Origin: a bacterium
GTDB taxonomy: Bacteria; UBA8248
Direction of reading: 5' to 3'
DNA: 64,000 nucleotides
NCBI GenBank assembly: GCA_965207065.1
Contig: OZ242260.1
Coordinates: forward strand, 3,936,001 to 4,000,000
Below are positions 53,703-63,954 of the stretch, piece after piece (within the stretch, counting starts at the first letter, position 1; each line of letters begins with the position of its first letter). Below the pieces are notes generated by a model. It was not told the DNA's origin and made no database searches. It saw only the letters and a program-made list of their open reading frames with translations. A program made the position numbers and the translations under genes.

Positions 53703-53837
53703 TTGCCCCCTGAGGGTTACGTCCCCTTCCGGGAAAGAAGGGGGCGGGCGGTTGAAACCAGGTCCAATGAATCGTTTGCTTTGAGAACCCCCGGCCCCGG
53801 GCTCAGAGAGCCCGAGGCCGAAGGGAGTCGTGCGTTG

Positions 53838-55574
53838 TTACTGCCTGTGTGCGCCGAACGCGCCGATCAGGCCCATCTTGTTGTCCCGGCTGGCCGCGCC
53901 GAATGTTCCGGCAACACCCGTCGGGTGCGTGGTGGCCGTGCCGTTCGGACCGTATAGCTGACCGCCCCAGTTGCCCCTGAGACCGGCTCCACCGAGAACG
54001 CCGTCTGTAGCGCCTGTGAACCTTCCAGCTGCGCCATCTGTCTCAGTCAATTCGGCTTTCACCAGATTCAGGGAGCCGTCAACAGCTTGTCCGGCGGCCT
54101 TGACGTTCGTAATGCTTCCCGAGACCGTCGCCAGAAGAGCGGTGTTCGTTGCGCCGCCGAAGTTGACCTCGAGCGAGGCGTCCGCGTCGAAGTACTGGAC
54201 CATGCCGCCCGCTGTATAGAGGCCGGTGGCACTTCCTGCATACGAGGCTTTACCCGTGATAGATGCAGTAACCTCATACGGCTCATTGCCGTACACGAAG
54301 GCGCCTGCCTCGGCGGGATCGATTGGGATGGCATCGCCATTATCAGCTATCAGGGAGTCCCTGCTGGAAGCGGTTACCCACATACCCCAGGCCATGTAGT
54401 CTTCGTCGTGACCGGGATCTTTTCCTGTGGCGGTTCGGTATGTGTATCCAGTATTCTCTACAATTTTCCCGTCTTCACCCACGCTTATGGCACATGGGGT
54501 AGTGGCGGGATCTGCACAGTAAATTTGAGCCGTAACCGCGACATTGTTGTCAGTGGGATCCAAGTTGAGCAACACTTCAAAATTGCTGCCATCGCTCGGT
54601 ATATCACCCGTCAATACAGCAGTTCCTTCTAGATCTGCTGTTATTTCAGTTCCTGCTCCCGTATATATGTTCTTTTCAACCGACGCTTCGATGTCCGTGG
54701 TGACGACGAGATGAGATTTCGTATTGTCGCTTGTTGTGCGTACCAGATCTGCGGCTTCGTTTCCTTTGATATGGAAACGTGAAGGCTCTTCACCCGTCCG
54801 CATTCGATTTACCGCATCAGTACCGCCATGGTCAATCGTGAATGTTGATCCACCATCCTTATGCACCACGAATGAGACTCCATCTACTGCGCTTACATCA
54901 GTCGTAGACGTATAATTGGGAGGGGTACTGGTTGCGCGCTGGTTTAGCATACCTAAAGTAGTACCAGCAGTACCATGGGTAGGAGTACCAAATCCTCCGG
55001 CAACCGCTACCGCCAACCCTGCGGTAGCCGAATTTGTCATTGCCTTTGGCGGAGTCGAACCTTCCAGCTCGGCATTTTCGATGTCGTCGCCGTTGAGCAG
55101 CTTGTTCGACAGGTTGACAAGTACCAGGCTGCTCATGCCGGACGCCATCTCCGCGCTGGCTTGGGCCGTCTCGGCCGCCGTCTTATATTCCCCGGCCATC
55201 GCCGCAGTTTCGGCCATCGCCGCCGCGTCGGACGCCTCCTTGGCCGCGTCCGCATACATCTGCGCGTTGCCGGCCGCCACGGGGTCCACCGCGCCGCCCA
55301 CGGCAGCCATCGCCGCCATGTAGGCCGCCATGGCGGCTTCCTGCGCGCCGCTCAGGGCCATTTCTTCGTCAAGGTCCGCGGCGGAGGTGCAGGAACCGTC
55401 CGCGTTATACCGGCCGCCGTCACCTTCGCACATTTCCTGCGGGGTCGGGTCCGGCATGGCGGGCGGGTCCGGCGTCGCAGCCGTTCCCCCGCCGCCGCCG
55501 CAGCCGGCCAGCGTCAGCGCGAAGGCCGCCGCCAGCATGAATGAAAAGATTCTGTTTCCGTCAAATTTCATCAC
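53838..55574 (-). CDS. TbpB-like surface lipoprotein
   Basis: Lipobox LAGC-GGGGG; ASYAGSATGLY...WGGQLYG...AGTF...GAFGAHRQ. Confidence 0.8.
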   Translation of the reverse strand: MMKFDGNRIFSFMLAAAFALTLAGCGGGGGTAATPDPPAMPDPTPQEMCEGDGGRYNADGSCTSAADLDEEMALSGAQEAAMAAYMAAMAAVGGAVDPVAAGNAQMYADAAKEASDAAAMAETAAMAGEYKTAAETAQASAEMASGMSSLVLVNLSNKLLNGDDIENAELEGSTPPKAMTNSATAGLAVAVAGGFGTPTHGTAGTTLGMLNQRATSTPPNYTSTTDVSAVDGVSFVVHKDGGSTFTIDHGGTDAVNRMRTGEEPSRFHIKGNEAADLVRTTSDNTKSHLVVTTDIEASVEKNIYTGAGTEITADLEGTAVLTGDIPSDGSNFEVLLNLDPTDNNVAVTAQIYCADPATTPCAISVGEDGKIVENTGYTYRTATGKDPGHDEDYMAWGMWVTASSRDSLIADNGDAIPIDPAEAGAFVYGNEPYEVTASITGKASYAGSATGLYTAGGMVQYFDADASLEVNFGGATNTALLATVSGSITNVKAAGQAVDGSLNLVKAELTETDGAAGRFTGATDGVLGGAGLRGNWGGQLYGPNGTATTHPTGVAGTFGAASRDNKMGLIGAFGAHRQ

Positions 55575-56205
55575 TTTTGAGTCCTCCTAGTCTCGTGACA
55601 TTAAAGAGCTTTGCAACACAAAAAATCTGAAGTGTTTGGATTCGACCTCCTTTCCTTGACTTTCCGACTTTCCTTGAATCCTTCGTTATCGGGCTTCTTT
55701 CGTTTCGTCGTGTTTCAATTCATCGGAGCGGGGCCGGTTCGCGCGGCCGCCGGCCCGGACATCTGAGTCCGGGCCGATGGCCGGCTTATCCACGAGACTG
55801 GTGTGGGATGCGTTGCGAGTTTCATGATGGATTGAGTCCTCCCGCCTCGTGATATGAACCTTCTCCGGCCCGCGCCGGAATTCTCAAGTCTCCTTCTTCA
55901 GGCGCCTTCCGGCTTGCGTGCTTCCCTGGCCGGAGCGCCGCCCCGGCGAACGAAGCGCCGGGCGTCTTTCTGACAGGTTCACGAGACGGGAGAGGGTTTT
56001 GTGGCGTGCTGCATCATGGGTTGAGTCCTCTTAGCCTCGTGAGTTGCTGCTTCCCCGGCTCCCGCCGGGCTTTCCGTCTTTCTTCAGGACCGGAGCCGCC
56101 GCTTGCGCGAACGCGAAGCTCAGGGCCTGTGCCTGAATCGATTCACGAGACTGGAGAGGGTTTTGTGGCGTGCTGCATCCTGGGTTGAGTCCTCTAGCCT
56201 CGTGA
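55566..56205 (-). promoter_or_regulatory. Tandem leader array: three hairpin-enclosed micro-ORF units plus the homologous lipoprotein RBS
   Basis: TCACGAG(G/A)C..GAGGACTCAA..ATG motif at 56143-56205, 55979-56042, 55791-55852 and 55566-55598. Confidence 0.75.
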
Positions 56206-56509
56206 TTTCGTACTGCATCCGACCGGAATCTTTCTGGGTCATCGTCTTCCGGTCTGTCAAGCCATGCGCAAGTGCGGGCTTAGGGTTCCCGGCTCATCCA
56301 GCTTTCGCGGCGTGATCCGCGTCGTGTCGAGCGGGCGGCCCTGATAGCGACTACTCTCGCGTATTGCTTGACATATATGATAGTGTGGCAAGTATTCCGC
56401 TCTTGTCAACCCTTTAATTGAACTTGCGCGCAACTTTCAATCCGTCCGCTTCCGCAGGGTGACGGATCGAGTATGAACCAACGGGGTTTGATGATCAAAC
56501 GGGAGGGGG

Positions 56510-56900
56510 CGTAGCCGGACAGCCCCCAGGAGGGGTTGTCCGGGGCCTCCGTGGTTGTCCTGAATGACAGAGGGGTTGTCCCTGCAATAAATGCGGTTTC
56601 GTTCATCATCGATCCCGTAGGGACAGGCCTCCGTGCCTGTCCTCATGGCAACCATCCTGAAAAAGGACAGGCACGGAGGCCTGTCCCTACGGTCGAAACC
56701 CAACCGACGAGGGAGGAACCGTGTTACTACAATCCCATCGCGGCGTGCGTGGGTGTGATGGTTTTGTAGGGGTCGCATATATGCGACCCGCATTGTGACG
56801 GCGAAAAAGCACGGGACGCATAATATGTCGGACATATATGTCCGACCTACACATGGGCGGCGGTCCAACCATCTCCCCCCAAAACCCCCCCTACCCCCCC
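56510..56900. repeat. Mixed GTAG-REP cluster
   Basis: GTAGGGACAGGCCTCCGTGCCTGTCC inverted doublet, GGGTCGCATATATGCGACCC and GTCGGACATATATGTCCGAC. Confidence 0.8.
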
Positions 56901-57013
56901 GCCCCGCGCATGTTGTAAGATGTCCCTCCCGGCCGAGGGACGGCGCGGGCCTTTTCCGCATGGTTGTATGCCGCCGCTCCCGAGGCCGGGCTTTCTGAAC
57001 GGGAGATACCCCG

Positions 57014-57982
57014 ATGCCCGCCCCGCCCGGCCTTCCCGACCGCCTGCTCGTCGCCGTGGGCGGCAACGCGACCCACCCGCCCGAGATACGCGGCACCGCA
57101 GCCGAACAGGCCGCCATCGCCGCCGCCACGGGCCGCGCGCTGCTCCCGCTGCTCCAGCTCGAGAACGAACTCATCGTCACACACGGGAACGGCCCCGTGG
57201 TCGGCAAGATACTCATGCGCCAGGCGGTGTCGAGCGAGCAGGTGACGCCCATGACGCTCGACATCTGCGTCGCCCACAGCCAGGGCGGCATCGCCTACCT
57301 CCTGATGCAGGCGTTCGAGAACGCGCTCAGGCGCGCGGGGAACCCCCGCCACGTGGTCTGCCTCCTGACGCAGGTCGAGGTCGACCCGGCGGACCCGGCC
57401 TTCGACGCGCCCACCAAGTTCGTGGGCTACACCTACACCGAAGAGGAGGCCAGAAGATACGAGCGCGAGATGGGCTGGACGTTCCGGGAGGATTCAGGAC
57501 GCGGCTGGCGGCACGTGGTCGCATCGCCCATGCCGAAGCACATCGTGGACATCTCGCTCATCGAGACGATCGCCAGGAGCGGCGCGGTGGTGATCGCGGG
57601 CGGAGGAGGCGGCATCCCCGTCGTGCGGGAAGCCGACGGCGCGCGCCGCGGGCGCGCCGCGGTCATCGACAAGGATTTGACGTCGGCCTTGATGGCGAAC
57701 GTGCTCGGCGTCGAGACGATGATGATATTAACGGCCGTGCCGCACGTTTCGATCCACTTCGGGACGCCTGAGCAGCAGGATTTGGAGAGAGTCTCCCTTG
57801 CAGACCTCAGGAAATACCACGCCCAGGGCCACTTCCCGCCCGGCAGCATGGGCCCCAAGATCGAGGCGGCCGTCCGCTTTCTGGAGGGCGGCGGGCGGCG
57901 CGTCCACATCGCCGCGCTCGAGGACGCCGTCCCCGCCCTGAGAGGCGATGCGGGGACTTGTATTTATAAAGAGGAGGGGTGA
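57014..57982 (+). CDS. arcC: Carbamate kinase
   Basis: VAVGGNA, THGNGP.VG, PTKFVG, GGGGIPV, AVIDKD and GSMGPK. Confidence 0.93.
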   Translation: MPAPPGLPDRLLVAVGGNATHPPEIRGTAAEQAAIAAATGRALLPLLQLENELIVTHGNGPVVGKILMRQAVSSEQVTPMTLDICVAHSQGGIAYLLMQAFENALRRAGNPRHVVCLLTQVEVDPADPAFDAPTKFVGYTYTEEEARRYEREMGWTFREDSGRGWRHVVASPMPKHIVDISLIETIARSGAVVIAGGGGGIPVVREADGARRGRAAVIDKDLTSALMANVLGVETMMILTAVPHVSIHFGTPEQQDLERVSLADLRKYHAQGHFPPGSMGPKIEAAVRFLEGGGRRVHIAALEDAVPALRGDAGTCIYKEEG

Positions 57983-58020
57983 CCGTAGCCGGACAGGCCC
58001 CGATGACGAGAGAGGAAAAA

Positions 58021-58165
58021 TCACTCCCCCCTTGAGGGGGAGTCGAAGAGCTGAGGGCGTAAGCCCGAAAGCGATTCGGTGGGGGGTAAAACTCGGAGTG
58101 GCGATCAAACGCGATTCACCCCCCACCACATCGACCTTCGCACAAACCGCCAGGCTTCATCCCCG
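58021..58165. repeat. ACTCCCCCCTTGAGGGGGAGT element, 3'-degenerate copy
   Basis: First ~110 bp nearly identical to the sequence from 49289. Confidence 0.85.
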
Positions 58166-58269
58166 CCACTTTGGACAGCCTCGCGCGGTGGTGCTACGTT
58201 TTCCACCTCACGACGATTCCCGTATCCACCCGCGCCCGAGGGCGCGCACAAGGCGAAGGAGGGTTCAAG

Positions 58270-59373
58270 ATGCAGGCCGACCTGTTCCGCGTGGCGATGG
58301 ACTCGCCCGACGACATCTCAGGCGTCGCCGCTCTCATCGAGGAGGGCCGCTGCCGGGCGGAAGACGTCGTCGGCATCATGGGCAAGACCGAGGGCAACGG
58401 CTGCGTGAACGATTTCTCGCGCGGGTTCAGCAACTTCGTCCTGCTCGATTATTTCTCACGCTCCATGGGCAAGCCGCGAGAAGAGGTGGAGGCGCAGATC
58501 GCCCTCATCATGTCCGGCGGCGCCGAGGGGGTCATGTGTCCGCATTTTTCGGTGTTCACGAGGTCGGAGCGCGGCTCGGCCGGCGGGAGCGCCAAGCGCC
58601 TGGCCATCGCCTCGGGCCACACGGCGGATTTTCCGCCCGAGGAGATGGGCCGGATGGCGCAGGTCCGCGCGACGGCGGACCTCGTCCGCAAGCTCATGGC
58701 GGAAGCGCATATCGAGAGCGCCGAAGATCTGCACTTCGTGCAGGTGAAGTGCCCCCTCCTGACGGGCGACCGCATGGCGGACGCCGCGGCGCGCGGGAAG
58801 AGCGTCTGCACCGAGGACACGTATAAGTCGATGGGCTACTCGCGCGGCGCATCGGCGCTGGGCGTGGCCCTGGCGGCCGGCGAGGTGGATGAGAGCGACC
58901 TGGGCGATGAGGTGATCTGCAAGGACTGGTCGCTGCAATCGGGCGTCGCTTCAACTTCGGCGGGGATAGAGCTCATGTGCAACGAGGCGATGGTCATCGG
59001 CAACAGCGCGGCCTGGGGCGGGGAGCTCGTCGTCGGCCACAGCGTCATGCGCGACGCCATCGATCGCGACGCGGTGAAGGAGGCCATCGTGAACGCGGGC
59101 GTCGGCTTCGAGTGGTCGCTCACGCCGGAGCAGCAAGGGCGCATCGTGAACGTCTTCGCCAAGTGCGAGGCCTCCCCCGACGGCCTGGTGCGCGGCCGCC
59201 GCCACACCATGCTAGACGACTCGGACATCAACAACACGCGCCACGCCCGCTCGGTGGTGAACGCCGTGGTCTCCTCCGTCGTGGGCGACACGATGATGTA
59301 CGTCTCCGGCGGCGCGGAGCACCAGGGTCCTCCCGGCGGCGGTCCCGTCGCGGCGGTCGTGCGTGTGGCGTAG
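58270..59373 (+). CDS. atzD: Ring-opening amidohydrolase, cyanuric acid hydrolase (AtzD)-like
   Basis: GKTEGNGCVND, MSGG, QVKCPLL, SMGYSRGASALG and YVSGGAEHQGP.GGGP. Confidence 0.88.
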   Translation: MQADLFRVAMDSPDDISGVAALIEEGRCRAEDVVGIMGKTEGNGCVNDFSRGFSNFVLLDYFSRSMGKPREEVEAQIALIMSGGAEGVMCPHFSVFTRSERGSAGGSAKRLAIASGHTADFPPEEMGRMAQVRATADLVRKLMAEAHIESAEDLHFVQVKCPLLTGDRMADAAARGKSVCTEDTYKSMGYSRGASALGVALAAGEVDESDLGDEVICKDWSLQSGVASTSAGIELMCNEAMVIGNSAAWGGELVVGHSVMRDAIDRDAVKEAIVNAGVGFEWSLTPEQQGRIVNVFAKCEASPDGLVRGRRHTMLDDSDINNTRHARSVVNAVVSSVVGDTMMYVSGGAEHQGPPGGGPVAAVVRVA

Positions 59374-59582
59374 GGCCTTTGCACAGGCGCGGGGGTCTCG
59401 GACAGGCGCGGGGGCCTGTCCCTACGGGCGGAGCAGGCCTTCATTTGTCATTGCGGCCTACGGCCCTGTAGGGGCCGGCCATCCCGAGGGGAATGCCCGT
59501 TGAAAAAGACTTCGCCAAGGGGGGTGGGGGGGTTGCTACTCCGACGAGGGGTTTTCAACACCCCCGCCTTGGCCGGGTCGGA

Positions 59583-59891
59583 TTACCCGGTTCGCTCGAT
59601 GAGCGCGCGCAGGGCCATGCGGCTCTCGGACTGCTCGGCGATGAGTTCGCGCAGGGCCGCCATGGACTCCTCGTGCTTCGCCATCGTCTCCTCGTGCCTT
59701 CGTTCGGAGTCGACCATCGACTTGTCGTGCCTGGCCATCGCCTCATCGTGCTTGCGCTGGGAATCGGCGGAGCGCCTGTCGGAACCCCTGGCCATCTCGC
59801 GGATGCCGTAGTAGATGAGCGCGAGGCCGCCGTAGGAGGCGACGAGGTTCAGGTAGGCGGCGATGAGATTGAGGTATTCGTACGTCGTCAT
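59583..59891 (-). CDS. Small coiled-coil repeat protein, copy 3
   Basis: MTTYEYLNLIAAYLNLVASYGGLALIYYGIR...ALRALIERTG; same promoter motif as copies 1 and 2. Confidence 0.8.
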   Translation of the reverse strand: MTTYEYLNLIAAYLNLVASYGGLALIYYGIREMARGSDRRSADSQRKHDEAMARHDKSMVDSERRHEETMAKHEESMAALRELIAEQSESRMALRALIERTG

Positions 59892-60217
59892 GCTCTTGCT
59901 CCGGGGTGGGCCACGCATAACTCTCGTGGATTGCTACTATAAAAAGAGAAAATGCGCTTCGTCAAACGCTCGTTTCCCGGTCGCTTCTTCCCGTCGTGGC
60001 GGTCGTGCGCGCGTGGTAGGGCGTTCCTCGATACGGCGATGGAGAATTCCGGCCCGTAGCCGGACAGGCGCAGGAGCCTGTCCGGGGTCGCGACCTGTCC
60101 TTATCAAAAACGCGACGGAATTGTAGGGGCGGGCCCCTGTGCCCACCCGCCCCACATGGTTGTCCTTCGTAAAACGGCGGTATCGGACAGATTGCGACAC
60201 TTCCTTATGACCCCCCC

Positions 60218-61288
60218 CTACCCCGCCTTGACGTTGCGCCGCGCCTGCACGAACACCACCGTGAGCACGATGATGGCCTGGAAGACGAACACCGCCGCCC
60301 CCGGCAGTCCGATGCTGCGCTGGAGCGAATCCGAACCCGACACCAGCACCGCGAACACCGCGGCGGCTATCGTGACGCCCAGGGGGTTGTTGCGCCCGAT
60401 GACGGCTATCAGGATGGCCATCGCCCCGTAGTTGGGCGCGCCCTCCGCCCCGCTGATGCCGAGCAGGAGGCTCTGGTGGAATCCCGATACCTCGATGGCC
60501 CCGGCCAGTCCCGAGAGCGCGCCGCAGGTCGGCATGATGATGAGCGTGACGCGCGCGACGTTGATGCCGCCGAAGCGCGCGGCGCGCGGGTTGTCCCCCA
60601 CCGCGCGAATCTCGTAGCCGGCGATGGTGCGCGTCATGAAGTAGTACATGCCGACCGCCGCCGCCAGCGCGATGATGAAGCCTGCGTGCGCGCCCGCCCT
60701 CGGCATCACCTGGGGCAGCACGGAGGCGTCCGGGATCGGGAGCGATATGGCCTCTCCCGCCAGCGGGTCGTTCCAGGGGCCGTTCGCGAGGTAGTCCACG
60801 AGGTAGAGCGCGACGAAATTCAGCATCACCGTCACGAAAATCTCGCTCACCTGGAAGCGCACGCGCAGGATGCCGGGGATGAATCCCCAGAACCACCCAC
60901 CCAGGATGCCGCCCAGAAGCCCCAGCGGCACGAAGACCGGCCAGGGGAGGTTCATGCCTTCCAGGGCAAAGGCCGTGCCCGTCATCCCGATCGCGCCCGC
61001 GTATATCTGCCCGTCCACGCCGATGTTGAAGTGCCCGCCCCGCATCCCGAAGGCCACCGCGAGCGAGGCGAGCAGGAGCGGGGAGAACTTATTGAGCGTC
61101 TGCGCGAACCCGCCCCACGTGCCGAGCGAGGAGCGAAGGACGGTCCCGAGCGCGACGAGCACGTCGCCGCCGAAGGCCACGATGAAGACGGCCCCGCACG
61201 CCAGCGCCAGCGCGCCCGCCGCCGCGTAGGTGACGGCGAATTCCATCGCCATCTTTTTCTTCTCGCTCACGCTCGCAGGCGCCGCCAT
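60218..61288 (-). CDS. Nucleoside-type ABC transporter permease
   Basis: FNIGVDGQ and GYEIRAVGDNPRAARFGGI. Confidence 0.93.
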   Translation of the reverse strand: MAAPASVSEKKKMAMEFAVTYAAAGALALACGAVFIVAFGGDVLVALGTVLRSSLGTWGGFAQTLNKFSPLLLASLAVAFGMRGGHFNIGVDGQIYAGAIGMTGTAFALEGMNLPWPVFVPLGLLGGILGGWFWGFIPGILRVRFQVSEIFVTVMLNFVALYLVDYLANGPWNDPLAGEAISLPIPDASVLPQVMPRAGAHAGFIIALAAAVGMYYFMTRTIAGYEIRAVGDNPRAARFGGINVARVTLIIMPTCGALSGLAGAIEVSGFHQSLLLGISGAEGAPNYGAMAILIAVIGRNNPLGVTIAAAVFAVLVSGSDSLQRSIGLPGAAVFVFQAIIVLTVVFVQARRNVKAG

Positions 61289-61289
61289 A

Positions 61290-62849
61290 TCAGGAAACCT
61301 CTCCTTCTTTCTGCCCCGCCATCAGGGCGCCTATCTGGTAGATGTCGTATTCGGGGCCGTCGAAGGTGCCCAGAATCTCGCCCGCGTAGATGACGACGAT
61401 GCGGTCGCTCATCTGGCAGAGTTCGTCCAGGTCTTCTGAAATCAGCAGGACGCCCGCGCCGCCCGCGCGAAGCTCCCGCAGCCGGCCGTGCACGAACGAG
61501 GCGGCCATGACGTCGAGACCGCGCGTTGGGTTGTTGGCGATCATCGCCTTCCCACCCGTCCTGTGGGCGAGCATGACCGCGCGCGCCACGATGGTCTTCT
61601 GGATGTTCCCGCCAGAGAGGTGCGCGGCGGGCACGTGCTCGTTCCGCGCCAGGATGTTGAACTCCGCGATGGCGTTCCTGCCCAACTCATGCGCGGCCTC
61701 GCGCTCGAACACGCCGCGCCGCTTGAAGATGTGCGGGTGGAGTCCCAGCACGAAATTCTCGGCCAGGCTCAGGCCCGGCAGAATCCCCTCCTCTATCCTG
61801 TCCTGCGGCAGGAGGCTCATCCCCCGCGCGATGCGTCCGGCCACCGAAAGGGCGGAGACCTCCTCGCCGCCCAGGTGGACTTCACCTTCTTCTATCTCGA
61901 TGAGTCCGGCCAGGGCTTCGGCCAGTTCCTTCTGGCCGTTTCCCGAGATTCCCGCCATGCCGACGATGAGTCCGCGGGGGACGTCGAAGGCGACGTCGGT
62001 GAGCGGAACCCCCGACTTCGCCGAGGTGCGCACCCCCCGTACGGAAAGGGCGGGGTCTCCCTCACGCGCCGCCGAGGGTCCGGTCGGCCGCTCGCCCACG
62101 GGCGGCATGCCGCGCTCGCCCATCATCATCTGCACGAGCCTGTCGCGGGTGGCCTCCTCGCGGGGGATGGTGTCGATCTTGCGGCCGCCGCGGAACACGG
62201 TAATCCTGTCGCAGTTGTCCAGGACCTCCTGGATCTTGTGCGTGATGAAGACCACCGTCAGCCCCCCCTTGGCGAAGGATTTCAGTATGGCGAACAGCCC
62301 GTCCACCTCGTGAGGGGTCAGCATGGTCGTCGGCTCATCCAGAATCAGGATGTCCGCGCCGTGGTAGAGCGCCTTCAGGATTTCGACCTTCTGCTGAATC
62401 CCTGCGGGAAGGGTTTTCACCTGCTCGTCGAGCGGGATGGAGAGGCCGTAATTCGCAGCCAGCTCTTCCACGGAGGCGCGCTGGGCGTCCACGTCGAGCC
62501 TCCAGCGCGAGCCTTCCCTGCCCAGCAGAATGTTCTCGAGCGCCGTGAAGTTGCCGATCAGCTCCACGTGCTGGTGAACCATCCCGACGCCGACCGCGAT
62601 CGCATCCTGCGGCGAGTGGATATCCACCTCACGCCGGTCGACCACTATCTGGCCCTCGTCCAAGCGGTAGAGGCCGCTCAGGATGTTCATGAGCGTGGTC
62701 TTGCCCGCGCCGTTCTCCCCCAGGAGGGCGTGAATCTCCCCCTTGGCGGCCTCGAAGTCCACGGCGTCCAATGCGCGGACTTCCCCGAAGGACTTGCTGA
62801 CACCGTACATTTCGACGCAAGGGACGTGTTTCGCCGTCATCGCTTTCAT
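61290..62849 (-). CDS. ABC transporter ATP-binding protein (double domain)
   Basis: GENGAGKT, ILDEPT and LSGGNIQK. Confidence 0.95.
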   Translation of the reverse strand: MKAMTAKHVPCVEMYGVSKSFGEVRALDAVDFEAAKGEIHALLGENGAGKTTLMNILSGLYRLDEGQIVVDRREVDIHSPQDAIAVGVGMVHQHVELIGNFTALENILLGREGSRWRLDVDAQRASVEELAANYGLSIPLDEQVKTLPAGIQQKVEILKALYHGADILILDEPTTMLTPHEVDGLFAILKSFAKGGLTVVFITHKIQEVLDNCDRITVFRGGRKIDTIPREEATRDRLVQMMMGERGMPPVGERPTGPSAAREGDPALSVRGVRTSAKSGVPLTDVAFDVPRGLIVGMAGISGNGQKELAEALAGLIEIEEGEVHLGGEEVSALSVAGRIARGMSLLPQDRIEEGILPGLSLAENFVLGLHPHIFKRRGVFEREAAHELGRNAIAEFNILARNEHVPAAHLSGGNIQKTIVARAVMLAHRTGGKAMIANNPTRGLDVMAASFVHGRLRELRAGGAGVLLISEDLDELCQMSDRIVVIYAGEILGTFDGPEYDIYQIGALMAGQKEGEVS

Positions 62850-62907
62850 CCATTCCAGGCGCCCCGCCCCGCTCGGAAAATCGGGGAGGGGCGCCCACGC
62901 CTTCTGT

Positions 62908-63909
62908 TTATTTCGCCAACATGACTTTCTTCATCACGAGCCTGGGCTTGATCGCTCCGGAGCGTATTTTCATATACGCCTCTTTCGTTCTCTTCATGGC
63001 CTCGGCCGATACGTTCCCCAGAGATTCGATCTCGAACCCGACGCCGGGGCGCATGGGCACGTATCCCCCGGGAGACCCCTTCAGGATTCCCGCCAGGGCT
63101 TTCTGGTAGGGTGGCCGGAAATCGATGATCAGCGTGCCGGCGAAGTGCTTGGGCGCCTTGTCCGTCTTGTCGGTGTAGAACGTGGTGACCAGCACCTTGC
63201 GCTTCGACTTCTTGGCGGCTTCGACGACGCCGTACACACCCAGGTTCACCATGTTGATGATGAAGTCGACGCCGCCGGCGATCATGGCGTCGGCGGTCTG
63301 GCGCGCCTTGACCGGATCGTTCTGGTTGCCGGTGAAGGCGTAGGTGAGTTGCGCCTTGGGGTTGGTCGCCTTGAGCGCATCGGAGATGGTGTTGATGGAA
63401 GCCTTGAAATCAGGAAGCGGTATTCCCGCGATGACGCTCACCTTGTTCGTCTTCGTCGCGAGGCCGGCCAGCACCCCGAAGGGATAGAAGGCCTCGTAAT
63501 AGTGGCGGTGAATGTTCCAGACGTTCTTGGGAACCTTGAACTTGCCCGAACTCTCCATGATGAAGGTCACCTCGGGAAATTTCGGCGCCAGCTTCTGTAC
63601 GAGCCTGACGTACTGCCCGCCGTGGAAGCCGATGATGGTGAAGCCCGAGGAGATGTACTCGCGCGCCACCCGCTCGGCGTCCGCAGGCGAGATGCGCTCG
63701 GAGTAGGAGGTTTCGATCTTGAACCTCTTCTTGATGTCCTGGGCGACCTCATAGCCCCTGAAGTTGTAGTCCGCATCCTCGATGGGTCCGGGCAGGATGA
63801 TGGCGAACTTGTGGGCCTTCGCGGCGAGCGCCGGGCCGGGCGCGATCAGGCCAAGGGCCGCGAGCGCGGCGGCGGCGAAGAACAATCGGCGTGTCCATTT
63901 GGTTTTCAT
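62908..63909 (-). CDS. BMP-family ABC substrate-binding protein
   Basis: RR-containing signal peptide, PGPIED..YN motif and operon context. Confidence 0.88.
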   Translation of the reverse strand: MKTKWTRRLFFAAAALAALGLIAPGPALAAKAHKFAIILPGPIEDADYNFRGYEVAQDIKKRFKIETSYSERISPADAERVAREYISSGFTIIGFHGGQYVRLVQKLAPKFPEVTFIMESSGKFKVPKNVWNIHRHYYEAFYPFGVLAGLATKTNKVSVIAGIPLPDFKASINTISDALKATNPKAQLTYAFTGNQNDPVKARQTADAMIAGGVDFIINMVNLGVYGVVEAAKKSKRKVLVTTFYTDKTDKAPKHFAGTLIIDFRPPYQKALAGILKGSPGGYVPMRPGVGFEIESLGNVSAEAMKRTKEAYMKIRSGAIKPRLVMKKVMLAK

Positions 63910-63954
63910 TTCACATTCCTCCTTGATGGGAAAGCACGATATCCCGGACATGGC

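Noticed and set aside
52023-55574. Diversity-generating retroelement acting on the lipoproteins
   Set aside because: No reverse transcriptase, and no TR/VR pair differing at adenines was seen.
55566-56205. CRISPR array or recognisable riboswitch
   Set aside because: Units are 160-250 bp apart with mutually similar spacers. I could not match a known aptamer by eye; an Rfam search is still needed.
56815-56850. dif site (GCATAATATGTC...)
   Set aside because: No XerD arm; it belongs to a GTCGGACATATATGTCCGAC REP also seen near 48712.
59950-60218. Missing second ABC permease
   Set aside because: A permease-like C-terminus is visible upstream at 63955-64000.
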